Part shown: piece by piece, positions 23,945 to 36,045 of the stretch
Position numbering within the stretch: position 1 is the stretch's first letter
How the letters are laid out: each line of letters opens with the position of its first letter
From: Heptranchias perlo
Lineage: Eukaryota
Length of the DNA stretch: 64,000 bases
Direction of reading: 5' to 3'
Assembly: GCF_035084215.1 (NCBI RefSeq)
Contig: NC_090334.1
Location: forward strand, 73,966,001 to 74,030,000
Position numbers and translations under genes: made by a program
Notes under the pieces: generated by a model
What the model was told of the DNA's origin: nothing
The model's input: the letters and a program-made list of their open reading frames with translations, nothing else
The model's database searches: none

Positions 23945-25490
23945 TAACTGCCAAAACTGCACGCTACTCCAGGATCATCCAGGGGACCAAAGATAATCCC
24001 CGGCTTTTCTGCACTACCAATAGTCTCCTTACACCCCTCTTCATGACCCTCCACCCTTGCCTCCAACTTCTTTCCCTCTAGGATTGACACCATCCATTAA
24101 ACTGCTTTTGCTGCTTTCCCCCCTTTTCCATCCACAGAACTAAACCCTGTCCTAGCTGTGAACCTATGTCTTTCTCCACTTTCTCTCCTATCTCCCCTCA
24201 TGGCGTCTCCAAGATCATCTTGTCCATGAGACCCACCTCCTGTTCCCTTGATGCCATTTACATCAAATGGCTGACCATGCAACTTCCTTTCCTGGTCCCC
24301 GTGCTAGCTGACACTGTAAATTATTGCCTGTCCTTTAGGCACTGTCCCTCTCACTTTCAAAACCACAGTCATCACCCTGTGATGCATTAACCCTGTTCGA
24401 CCTCTCTGTAGCCTTTGATGTGGTCAAAGTGCCTTTACTCTAATGTCCAGCTCAGTGGGATTGCCCTTTCTTAGTTCCACTCTTACCTTTTCAGTCATAG
24501 CCAGAGCATCTCCAGCAATGGCTTCTCTTCCTGCTCTTGAACCATTACCTCCAGAGTCCCCCAAGGATTTGTCCTTGGTCCTTTTCTCTTCCCCATCTAT
24601 ATGCTGCCCCTTAGCGACATCATTCACAGACATGGCATCACGATCCACATCTATGGTGATGACACCCAGCTCCATCTCTCAACCATCTCTTTTGACCCAT
24701 CCACTGCCTCTCTGTTGCCAGACTGCTTGTCCAACACCTAGTATTGGATGAGCTGCAAGTTCCTCCAGTGAAACATTAGTCTAATGGAAGTCATCGTCTT
24801 CGGCCTCTGCCACAAGCTCTGTACTCTCGCCAACGATTCCATCACCCCTCCCTGGCCATTGTCTTAGGCTGAACCAGACTGGCAGTCTCGGTAGCCTATC
24901 TGACCCCGAGCTGAGCTTCCAAACTCCTACCCTCCCCATTACAAAGACTGCCTACTTCCACCTCCGTAACATCACCTGCCTCAGCCCATCTGCTGAAACC
25001 TTCATCTATGCCTTTGTCACCTTCAGGCTCGACTATTCCAATTCTGTACTGGCCAGCCTTCTATCCTCCACCCTTCGTAACCTTCAGCTCATCCAAAACT
25101 TGGCTGCCCCGTATCCTACCCTACTCGCCTATCACCTTTGTGCTCGCTGATCTACATTGGCCCACTTTTTGCCAACGCCTCAAATTTAAAATTCTCATCC
25201 TTCCTCCTTTTAAATTGCTTCATGGTCTTGCCCTTCCCTATTTCTGTAACCTCCTCCAACACCCCCTACCTCTCTTTCACCCCCCCCACACAGTTTTACG
25301 TTTTGATGATTCTGGCCTTTTGTGCATTTCCTCCCCCCCCCCCCCCCCCCCCATCGCCCCATCACCAGCAGCTGTGCCTTCAGCTGTTTAAACTCCACAC
25401 TTTGGAATACCCTCCTTAAACTCCTCTGCCTCTCCACCTCCCTAAACCCCTTTTTAAGACTCTCCTTAAAACCTACCTCTTTGACCAAAC
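23945..25490 (+). mobile_element. L2-type LINE, degenerate
   Basis: CT-rich; HIYGDDTQL remnant ~24645-24672; LADLHWP..RLKFKIL; TLWNTL. Confidence 0.75.
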
Positions 25491-26075
25491 TTAGGAGGGC
25501 TGGTCATACCTCATAATATTGTGGTAATTGGGGTATTGTGCACAGTTCTGGTCTCCATATTGTAGAAAGGATATAGAGGCATTGGAGAGGGTGCAAAAAA
25601 GATTTACAAGGATGATACCAGATCTGAGAAGTTATAACTGACAGGAAAGTCTGAATAGGCTGGGGCTCTTTTCTCCAGAAAAGAGAAGGCTGAGGGGTGA
25701 CCTGATAAAGATCTTTAAGATCATGATTGGGTTTGATAGGATAGACGTAGAGAAAATGTTTCCACTTGTGGAGGAGTCCAAAATTGGAGGTCATAAATAT
25801 AAAATAGTTGCTAATAAATCCAATAGGGAATTCAGGAGAAACTTTTTTTACCCAAGAGTGGTAAGAATGTGGAACACGCTACCACAAGGAGTAGTTGAGG
25901 TAAATAGCATAGATGCATTTAAGGGAAGTTAGATAAACACATGAGGGAGAAAGAAATAGAAGGGTATCCTGATAGGGTTAGATGAAGTAGGGAGGAAGGA
26001 CGCTTATGTGGAGCATAAATGCCAGCATAGACCAGTTGGGCAGAATGGCCTGTTTCAGTGCTGTAGTCTCGATGT
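25490..26075 (+). mobile_element. CR1 LINE 3' part
   Basis: GFDRIDVEKMFPLV..RVVRMWNTLPQGVVEVNSIDAFKG. Confidence 0.85.
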
Positions 26076-26404
26076 AATATCTCTTTCTTTGTCTCAGCGT
26101 CTGTTTTTGTTTCTGCAAAGCGCATAGGCCATTTTTCTACCTTAAAAGATACTATCTAAATGCAAGTTGTTGTAACTATAATAACTGAGCACCATTATCT
26201 AAATTTTATGAAACAAATGTGCTGTTGCTTATCTAAAGGATAGAGATAATTGCATTTAATTTGCTTCCAATGATTTTCACTCTGCAGAATTGTACTAAAC
26301 TGGTCTATTTTCACTACCTATTTTAATACATTATTATACTTCATTTGTCTTTTGCCTGATTCAATATCCATCCACTATTGCAATGGAAGGCAGTAACATG
26401 TATA

Positions 26405-28085
26405 TGCTAGTTGATATTGTTAATGGTTCCCTCACCTCTGGTATTGTCTCCCTCCCTTTCAAATCTGCCGTCATCGCCCCTTCTTCAAAAGAACCCACTC
26501 TTGACTCCTTTGTCCTTGCAAAGTACCGCCCCATCTCTTACCTCCTTTTCCTCTCAAGTCCTTGAACGTGTTTTCGCCTCCCAGATCTGTGCTCATCTTT
26601 CCTGCAACACTCGAATTAGGTTTCTGCCCCAGCCACAGCACTGAAAAGGCCCTTATCAAAGACACAGATGACATCCTATGTGTCTGTGACATAGGAATAG
26701 GAGTAGGCCATTCAGCCCCTCGAGCCTGTTCCACCATTCAATGAGATCATGGCTGATCTGTATCATAACTCCCTGTACCCACCTTGGCTCCATATCCCTT
26801 AATACCCTTGGCTAGCAAAAATCTATTGATCTCAGATTTAAAATTTTATTAATTGACCAAGCTTATACTGCTTTTTGTGGGAGAGAGTGCCACAATTATG
26901 CCACCCGTTGCGTGAAGAAGTGTTTCCTATCTTCTCTCCTGAATTGCGTGGCTCTGATTTTAAGGTTATGTCCTCTTGTCATTGACTCCCCCACCAACAG
27001 AAAAAGTTTATCTGTGTATCCTATCAATTCCTTTCAAAATTCTCAAAACCTCAATCAAATCACCCCTTAACCTTCTATATTCCAGGGAATACAAGCCTAG
27101 TTTATGTAATTTCTCCTCCATAATTTAACCGTTGGAGCCCTGGTAACATTCTGCTGAATCTGTGCTGCACTCCTTCTAAGGCCAATATATCCTAAGATGC
27201 GACGCAGAACTGTACACTGTACTCCAGATGTCATCGCTGGGACAAAATTTATCGTCGCTGGGTCAAAATCCTGGAACTCCCTACCTAACAGCACTGTGGG
27301 AGAAACTTCACCAAACGGACTGCAGCAGTTCAAGAAGGTGGCTCACCATCACCTTCTCAAGGGGCAATTAGGGATGGGAAATAAATGCTAGCTCGCCAGC
27401 GACGTCCACATCCCATGAACAAATTTAAAAAAAACTCGAGATGTGATCTAACTAGGGCTTTGTAGAGCTGTAGCAAAACTTCACCTTTTTATATTCTAGC
27501 CCTGTAGATATAAAGGCTAGCATTCCATTAGCCTTTTTGATTTTTTTTTTGCACCTGACCACTAGATATTAGTGATCTGTGTACATGGACCACCACGGGT
27601 GACTGTGGTATATTATCCCTCCTCATCCTTTTTGACCTGTCTGCAACCAGCTTCCTTCCAACGCCTCTCCTCCATTGTTCAGCTGAGTGGGACTGCCCTT
27701 GCCTGGTTCTGTAATTTATCCAGTCGTAGCCAGAGAATCTCCTGCAATGGCTTCTCTTCCTGCTCCCACACCATTACCTCTGGGTTCCCCCAAGGATCTA
27801 TCTTCTGCTCCCTCCTATTTCTCATCTGCGTGCTGCCCCTTGGTGACATCATCCAGAAATACACCAGATTCCACATGTATGCTGACGATACCCAGCTCAA
27901 CCTCACCACCACCTCTCTTGACCCCTGATTTGTGATGCTGCTTGTCCAACATCCAGTATTGGATGAGCAGCAATTTCCTCCAATTAAATATAGAGACTGA
28001 AGCCATTGTCTTCAGTCCTTGCCACAAACTCCATTCCCTAGCCACCGATTACATGCCCCTCCCTGACCACTCTAAAGCTGACCCA
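26405..28085. mobile_element. Nested cluster: L2(+) interrupted by CR1(-) ~26690-27590, itself interrupted by a LINE 3' end (+) 27232-27433
   Basis: L2 HSTEKALIK.. resumes at ~27600 with GFPQGS..FHMYADDTQL; inner insert flanked by ACTCCAGATGT (27221-27231) / ACTCGAGATGT (27434-27444). Confidence 0.8.
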
Positions 28086-29174
28086 GATTGCTCTCCTGGC
28101 TGGCCCCCTATCTTCCACCCTCTGTCAAACAATCGGGGCCATGGTTTCAAACTGGTTTTATCTTGGGAAACCACAATACTTAAATTATAGACTCGTCTTA
28201 ATTTTGTTTTTAGACATTTTATTGCCAACATAGAGATCTTTTGAATTGAGTCTCCCTTCTTGCTAGGTCAATCCTATGAAACTCCATATGCATCCGTGTG
28301 TAGCTGTATTTTAAATAGCAGGGTTAATGACTTCTAACCAGTGTGAGAGCTACTCTGGAGCTATGCAACCTCAGAAAACCACCCTACAAACTGCAGCGGG
28401 TTCACACATTTGTTGCTGTATCTGATGGATACAGTAATCACTTTATAAACTTTGATTAATTCAACATTTAGGTTCAATAAGGATGTCTTCACCTTAATCA
28501 GCTGCATGAAGAATTCTAGGTGCTTCTGTCTGCTGTAATGCTTGGTGTTTGTAAGTCTCGGTGTTTGTAAGTCTCAGTTCTAAAATTGGGGCTAGGGGAT
28601 ATGGGGAATCTCCTGTGAACTGCACAGTAATGTATTTGATAAAACTTGCTCACTTTGTTTGACATTGCAATCGGTTTCAAATTATTTTCCATCAACGGCA
28701 ACATGGATTTATAAAATGTTTTTGATATAGAAAAATGTCCCAACATGCTTCTATTTACTTCATCTCAACCCATTGACATATCTTTCTATTCCTTTCTCCC
28801 TCGTACTTATCTAGCTTCCCCTTTTTAAATGCATACTGGATGCCATGTAAGCAGTCTGATGGTACAGGTAGCAGAGAACAAGAGGTGGTGGTGGTGGAGA
28901 GGTAGAGCTGGGTATTACGAGTAAATATGAAAATTGCGTATCTGTGGATGATGCTACCAAGAGGCAGAATGGAGAGGATGCTGTAGATGGATCCTTAGGG
29001 AAATCTCTCAGATGGAATAATTAGTAATCCTTCTCTATGAACAATGTTGCATCAGTAACCTGATGCATGGCAGTTGGTGTGCATCAATGCAAAATTAACC
29101 CAAAACTGAATGTGTTAATGGCTATAGTGTATGCAACTTGAAATTTGGTAACACTGCACAACTTTATATTGCAG

Positions 29175-29282
29175 GACAAAGAGACTGGATTTCACAGAGG
29201 ATTCTGTTGGGTTGGCTTTAGTACAGAAGAAGGGCTTCATAATGCACTGCAGAAGGAGCCACACATCATAGAAGGAGCAAAG
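29175..29282 (+). CDS. SLIRP: SLIRP exon 3
   Basis: TTGCAG| [36 protein letters not shown] |GTAGTT; RNP1-like RGFCWVGF; 108 nt. Confidence 0.96.
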
Positions 29283-29986
29283 GTAGTTTCAAAACTGCTT
29301 TATCCTTAGTGAAAGCAGACAGTCTGGTGGGGTTTGGCCTTCTCTTCCATTCAGGGTGCTTGTGTAAATTTCTAGATTTTTTTTCATACTTATTTTATGC
29401 TCATTTTTGGATACACCAAAGTAATTTTGCTGCACACCAAATGAAATAAGTGGACAGTCTCAATCTGGTTTCTGTTGGGTGTTGGCTTGCAGTACAGCTG
29501 ACATTGAGAAACCACAGGGTGGGGGAAGTTAATGTGTCACATCGGTGCAGTATATGGTGCCTGAGGATGCTCTATTGTGCCTAACTGCTATACAGATGTG
29601 TGTTGACTGGGTGGCTGAACCTTGAACTTTTCCACCTTGACACCCACAAAAACACCTCATAATAAAGGCACAGGAAAGTTTGTTTTATTTTAAAAATGAA
29701 CAGAAGTGCATTTACTAAACGGTGGCACCAGCCAACCTATGATACAAAGGCAGATTTTAGCGAATTCCATCCAACAGCTGAGTCCTGCCAGTTACCCAAC
29801 CACCTGGTTAGCTTTTAATGGACAGTGCGGAGGAGGCAATTTAATTTTTGTCAACTAACCCGGTCACATTTGGTTCAGTTTTAATGGAACAATTTACAGC
29901 AATGCATTCCAGGGGGATAATGCTGGTATTACATTAAAGCAGAAGTAGAAATTGAATAACTCATTAAAAATTTATTCTCTTCACAG

Positions 29987-30037
29987 CTTCAAGTTCAGAG
30001 AAACAAAATTGTTTCAAGGATGAAGACCAAACAATAA
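29987..30037 (+). CDS. SLIRP: SLIRP exon 4 (to stop)
   Basis: TCTCTTCACAG| LQVQRNKIVSRMKTKQ* (TAA 30035-30037). Confidence 0.85.
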   Translation, partial: LQVQRNKIVSRMKTKQ

Positions 30038-30390
30038 AGCCACTGAATCAGCAAGTTGACACTGAATTTGGAGGATGTAGTTCAAGGTGTTTTTGTCCTA
30101 ATTAAATTAAAAATGGTGATTTAAACATTGACTTTTTTTTTTAAAAAAGGTCTTGTTTTGTAGACTTAGGGTGCTTACTCTAACTTTTTAATTAGAAAAA
30201 AAAGTGGGCAGACTGAATTTTACTTTACAGAAACATCTCTGTAAATGGAACTTACATAAGGAAACTCCAACAGTTTCCAAGATGTGTTCTATCATGATAT
30301 TCAGTACGTCCATGCAGAAACAAATACCAAGGACATTGGTTTGAACCAGAATTTGCTATAACACAAGGCTGCACTATATAAACAGTCCAT

Positions 30391-30592
30391 CTATTCCTTT
30401 CTTCGCTTCTTTCCCTCATGTTCGTATTCTTTTGAGCGACCACTTTCGGGCCTCTTTGAACCACCATGTTGCTTAGCTTCCTCCAAGAACTTATCCAGAC
30501 CAAAGGGATCTTCTTCATCCCTCTCAAACTGAACAGGGCCTTCACGCCGCTGCCTACGGTCTGTGCCAGAGAACTCTCTGTCCGGGACAAAC
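30391..30592 (-). CDS. SNW1: SNW domain-containing protein 1 (SKIP), exon 14 (to stop)
   Basis: TTTAG| (R)FVPDREFSGTDRRQRREGPVQFERDEEDPFGLDKFLEEAKQHGGSKRP..GKKRRKE*. Confidence 0.96.
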
Positions 30593-31508
30593 CTAAACAA
30601 AAACACAATTGTTTACATTTAAAGAATAAATACATCACTGCCACCTAACAGCTGCTGTTGGGAAGTCACAGGTACTAATTAGCACCTTAGTATTAAGTGT
30701 ACATAACTGGCTCAACCAATGTGCCAGGATAGAAGTGAGAAAATTGCTTAAATAGTAAAAGTCATTAGAATTAAAGAAAAAAAAACTTACTGTTTGGAGT
30801 CATGACAGATTTTTATACCTATTAGTAGAACTTTATAAGAATCCTCTAAATATTAACCACCTGAGTCCAACCAAATTCAACAAAGCAGGCTCAAGTTCAC
30901 TCGAACCCCAAATTTATATTAAAATGGGATATTTATTTATATTGAGTAGGCATTTGTGCAATATGAGTGTTTTAGATGGGATGTTTATTTGCAGAAAATA
31001 TTACACTGTAAAAACCGTAATAGGTCTTGTAAATAAGAGGACAGAGACCTCGTTTTCATATGAAAACCCTAACTATACAGGGTTGAAGACGTACCAACAC
31101 AATGCTAGGTTTTGGGGTAGGAATGACATTGGAGATGATTCCCAATACATCTCATGGGAGCAATGGTTTAAGAAAAAGCAAAGTGCCCAAAAAATGAAAG
31201 GTTTAAAAATAATTTGTGCCAATGGGCAATTGAGAGAGATAGAAGCTATGTGATACCCTTCAGACTTTTTTTTGACAAGGTACTATCTTAAGCTTCTCTG
31301 CATTGCTAAAGGCAGGTGGTTAGCCTGCTCTTAAGCCAGTCAGTGCTGCTCTAAAACCAGACTCCAAGTGGATGGAAAAGCAGCTCAGGCTGACTCCAAT
31401 CTTTTCTATGACCCCACAGTGATCTTGAATGGAGTGAAAAGTGATACAAACCCATATCCCAGAACTCTGTGGCACTAAACCACCTACAACTTTTAAAAAT
31501 AAACTCAC

Positions 31509-31672
31509 CGGTTATTTTTCATCAATGTGTCCAAATCATCACCATAAATGTCTTTATCAGCATTCTTGGTCGGTCTGTACACGTTTTGGGCCATATCCTT
31601 GCCAGTTCTCCAGGGTTGGTCATAAACATTGTAAAGCTCATCCTCTCCTCCTGCAAAGCCACTGTCCATCCC
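31509..31672 (-). CDS. SNW1: SNW1 exon 13
   Basis: GMDSGFAGGEDELYNVYDQPWRTGKDMAQNVYRPTKNADKDIYGDDLDTLMKNN; CAG|..|GTGAGT; 164 nt. Confidence 0.96.
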
Positions 31673-32169
31673 CTGGCAACATAAAGCAAGACTTAATCCA
31701 GATGAAATCTCTCAGGAGCACTCACCAAATGTTTAACTGAAATACCCATTGACCAAGTTGCTGCTAGTTTCATGTATATTTAAAGAATGTAGTTTTGTGT
31801 TTACCTGATTTTATTTCACCAATTTCTGCGAGATTCAGGTTGAACCTGAAAACTAAACTGATTAAAACAAGCCGTGCTTACTCTACAGAATTGTGTTGCA
31901 AGACTGAATTAAACTCTCAGTACCCAAACCCAAGCAGGCCTGCAGCCCTGGGAACCCACATTTCCAGGTTCATAAAAGGCCATTCAGCCCATTCCCACAG
32001 ACTACCTCCAGTTTGACCCATTAAGGGCTCTATCTAAATTAATCTTTTAAGGGAAGGTTCTGCAAAGCTGTCCTCTGCCCTCAAAAGTTTTCAAGCAAAG
32101 CTGTTGTTTACTTAATTTAGAAGGGATTACAAATGTATGTTGTCCTCTCGCTGGGGTCGAGAATGACTC

Positions 32170-33100
32170 ATTACATAGAATGTACAGCACAGAAACAAGC
32201 CATTCGGTCTAACTGGTCTATGCCGATGTTTATGCTCCACACAAGTTTCCTCCCACCCTACTTAATCTAACCCTGTCTACATATCCTATTTCTTTTTCCC
32301 TTGTGTACTTATTTAGCTTCCCTTTAGAAGGTATGTACCATTTGCCTCAAGTACTCCATGTGGTAGCAAATTCCACATTCGAAACACTTAGTAAAGAAAT
32401 TTCTCCTGAATTCTTTATTGGATTTATTAGTGACTATCTATTTATGGCACCTAGCTTTGAAGTCTCAAGTGGAAACATCTTCTCTATGTCAATCCTATCC
32501 AACCCCTTCATAATTTTAAAGACCTCTCTGGTTACCCCTCAGCCTTCTCTTTTCTAGAGAGAAGAGCCCTAGCCTGCTCAGTCTTTCCTGATAGTTGTAC
32601 CCTCAGTTCTGGTATCATCCTTGTAAATCTTTGTTTGCACCTTCTCCAGTGCTTTTTTGTAATATGGAGACCAGAACTATACACAGTATGCTTAAGTATG
32701 GTCTAACCAAGGTTATATACAATGCAAGTACTCCATGAATGATGACAAGATAGCTAAAGGATGACATTGAGAGAGACCTAGGAATCTTGGTAGATTCAGT
32801 ACTCAACATGACTAATTACTGTGGAGCAGCAATCAATAAAGCAAATAGAGTGCTGAACTATATAACCAAAACATTAGAATACAAGTCAGGAGTCATCATG
32901 CATGAACTGTACAATATGTTTAGACCACACTTTTAGATACAAGATGATATTCAAGCCCTGGAAGCTGTGGAGATGAGAGCTTCAACGCTGATCCCTAGCA
33001 TCAAAGGACTGAGTTATGATGCAAGAAACTTGAGCTTTTTAAGCCTTGAAAAGAGGTGACTGAAGAGATATACAAGATAATAAGACAGTATTTGAAACTA
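32170..33100. mobile_element. Two degenerate CR1 fragments (- ~32170-32720; + ~32765-33090)
   Basis: LVRPYL..FWSPY-like and RDLGILVDS..IEYKS remnants. Confidence 0.65.
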
Positions 33101-33129
33101 AGACACAAAACAGAATATTAAAAGGGAGA

Positions 33130-33260
33130 TAAAAACAGAAAATGCTGGAAATACTCAGCAAGTCAGGTAGCATCCGTGGAGAAAGACAGTTAACGTTTCA
33201 GGTTGATGACCTTTTGTCAGAACTCCGTTAACTCTGTTTCTTTCTCCACAGGTGCTACCA
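33130..33260. mobile_element. Fold-back mini element with degenerate hammerhead core
   Basis: Partial inverted repeat; minus strand GTTCTGACAAAAGGTCATCAACCTGAAACGTTAAC; same family as 60940-61158. Confidence 0.65.
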
Positions 33261-33686
33261 GGGCTTGAATGTCCCCTTGAAATACTTAGCAAGTCAGGTG
33301 GTGGTAGGGTTGGGAGCAATCTGAGGTGGTGAATAAAGTGCATCACTAAATATATTGACACATTACAGTGTATTCACTTTTTTTCCTATAGTGTACTGGT
33401 CCAGTGACACTAGTTGCTTTTTGTTTTCATTGCTACATCAGGCGTGAGGAAATGCCTTGTCAGCAGGTTTGTGGACTGTTACCCATTTGCTAGATGGAGT
33501 GCCTAACTTGCATACTATAATCCATCTGGTGGCACGGTGCAAAGCTGCAGAAAAATTTGCCCAACTTGGGAAAGTAAATATAAGCAACAGGTAATTTTCT
33601 GGACAACCGCATATTGAGGAATGAGACACACAACTGCGCAAACCACCAGTTGCTGACATTTCTTTGTAATGGTAATTTTATTTTAC

Positions 33687-33804
33687 CTTGTTCTGGTTGA
33701 AGAGTCTTTGGTCATACTGTATATCAGTCGATACACGTTGATTTGGTACACCCAAGGCAATCAGCTCGCTGATGTCTCGGTCCTGATCCCTCTGCAGTTT
33801 GGAC
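33687..33804 (-). CDS. SNW1: SNW1 exon 12
   Basis: (R)SKLQRDQDRDISELIALGVPNQRVSTDIQYDQRLFNQNK; 118 nt; AG/GT. Confidence 0.96.
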
Positions 33805-34044
33805 CTGAAATTTAAACGAGTGGAGTTACTTATACAGTAGAGCTCAGCTGCCACCGTGAAACCTGTGCAGAATCTCGTGCTGCTGGATAGCGGATGTTAG
33901 AATACTGCGTTCTCCTCTATCAAGAATTTCTGATATATGCTGGACGTCACTCAACTAAAATATAAACTCAAACCAATTCACAAGGTTACACCAGTTGGCT
34001 TAAAAGATAAACTCACATTGCTTCCAACAATTTTAACTAACGTC

Positions 34045-34500
34045 AGCCTTGGCTCAGCGGTAAAACTTCCCCTTCCCCAAGTCAGAGGGTTGTGGGCTCA
34101 AAGCCCACTCCAGAGACTTGAGCACATAATCTAGCCTCACACTTAAGTGCAGTACTGAGGGAGTATTACTTTATTAATAGCACCGTCTTTCAAGTGAAGC
34201 ATTAAATAGAGGCTCTGCCTGCTCAGCATGTAAAAGATCCCACATCATTATTTGAAGAGCAGAGGAGTTCTCCTGATTTACTGGCCATTATTTATCCCTC
34301 AACCATCAGCACCATAAACATTAACTGCACATCCCTCTCAATGCTGTTTGTGGGACCTTGCTGTGTGCAAACTGGCTGCTGCATTTCCCTGCAAAACAAC
34401 AGTGACTACACTTCAAAAGTAATTCATTGGCTGTAAAGTGCTTTGGGACGTCCTGAGGATGTGAAAAGCATTGTATAAGTGCAAGGTTGTTCTTTTCTTT
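34045..34500 (+). mobile_element. DeuSINE full-length copy
   Basis: Head TGGCTCAGCGGTA..GGGCTCAAAGCCC; tail TTTGGGACGTCCTGAGGATGTGAAAAGCATTGTATAAGTGCAAG. Confidence 0.72.
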
Positions 34501-34619
34501 CAATAAATGTGACGAGTTCTAGGCCAAAGATATTGAGGTGAGGGTATCACCGTGTTACTTTATACAGCATTCAACCAGGCCACCGTTTTCAACACACAAT
34601 TCATCAGGTTGTGACGTAC

Positions 34620-34716
34620 CTCTTATCTGGGGCTGCTCGGGCAAGATTGCGGTCATGCTGTCGTTCTTTTCGTCTTTCGTGTCTAATTTCATCCCGCTCT
34701 CTTGTTTCGTTTTCCT
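34620..34716 (-). CDS. SNW1: SNW1 exon 11
   Basis: (E)ENETRERDEIRHERRKERQHDRNLARAAPDK(R); 97 nt; acceptor AAAAAG|, donor |GTACGT. Confidence 0.93.
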
Positions 34717-35647
34717 CTTTTTAAAAAAAAATTAATTATTACACTTTAAAAAAAAATAAACTATACAAGGATTTTTTTTTTAAAGTAGAAGTGACACTAT
34801 GCATTGGTTACTGAAGATCAGATTTTTGAATTGAATAGAATTCGAAAATATTTTGGATGTACTCGTTCTTTCATATTGAGGTGCAAGTAACAGTTTGAGA
34901 AAGTCTACAAATTTAAATAAAACAGACCAATTAAAAATATGCATGTTTGTTGCACCATGTAGTTTTTGTTATGTCCTTAAGCATCTGCACAGCATGTCTT
35001 ACTTATAATCAACTATCCCAGACTGTGGCGGTGCAGCCAACTGCTATCCCAACACATTGCAATGTCACCGCAGTAGTGGGATGTGGATTCAGGTCTGTCA
35101 TCTCCATACAACTTGATCTCAATTGCACTGTTGTTGTGGGTCACAACAGAGATCAGGCACTTTTGGGGACAGGGAACAAAAAAGGTGATAAACTCTCATT
35201 CTAGTTTTTGAGTAACAGAGGCTTGGGAGTAGCTTGCCCAAGTGCCCTCTTCCCTGAGGAAGGACCATGGCAATTGAAGTAAAATAAAATGTTCTACTTT
35301 GAAAACTCTCAAATCATGCGAAACTGAGTCAATTTTACTTTTGTTACATTCTATCTTTTCCAAAATCATAGGCCCTTTAAGGTTTCAAATCTCGAAAGAA
35401 ACGAAGTCCACGTGATTGATAATGAACATGTGGTAAGAAATAATAAAATATGAGTTTGTCTCATTGAAGCGCTTTTGTCCTCAAAATGTTTAATCACGAA
35501 CCTTGCCCTGTTAGTGAACTGTATTCAAACAACACTCAACATAAGTCACCGTACTTCAAAGTAATTCAATGTATGTGAAGTGCTGAGATGTCTGAGGCAC
35601 AACAGGGTGCTATGTAAGTGCAAGTATTTCTTTATAATGCCTCGTAC

Positions 35648-35789
35648 CTTTCTCTATGTGAGTCTTGATACCAGCTCTCCTCTCCCTGGCAATCTGAGCC
35701 AATTCTCGGAGCTTCTCTTCCTTCTTTTCTTTCTCTTTCTGAGCCATTTTCCTTTCAACTTGTGCTCGCATCTCCACAGCTTCACGAGC
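35648..35789 (-). CDS. SNW1: SNW1 exon 10
   Basis: AREAVEMRAQVERKMAQKEKEKKEEKLRELAQIARERRAGIKTHIEK; 142 nt. Confidence 0.96.
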
Positions 35790-35928
35790 CTACGAGCACA
35801 ACACAGGTCAGTTAGGGAGGAGTACCGCTTCCAAAGTTTAAAATATGAACAAAAGCAAATGGAGATCATTCGGAATTTTAAAAGAAAATTCAAAACTATG
35901 TTGCAACATTTCAGAAGCTTAAAAATAC

Positions 35929-36045
35929 CTTTCTGTCTGCAATGTAGAGAGCCTCTGCAAGCTTAGCAAAGTTCTCATTAATGTGAACCGTTTGAAGTCC
36001 TCGGCCATCGGCAGCCAGACGCTTGTCCAATGGAATGGTATAACC
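35929..36045 (-). CDS. SNW1: SNW1 exon 9
   Basis: GYTIPLDKRLAADGRGLQTVHINENFAKLAEALYIADRK; 117 nt. Confidence 0.97.

Noticed and set aside
30015-30105. Frameshift in SLIRP exon 4 giving an acidic C-terminus (..DEDQ..VDTEF)
   Set aside because: The in-phase reading completes the RRM (LQVQRN) and stops normally; the SLIRP tail is poorly conserved, so there is no evidence of error.
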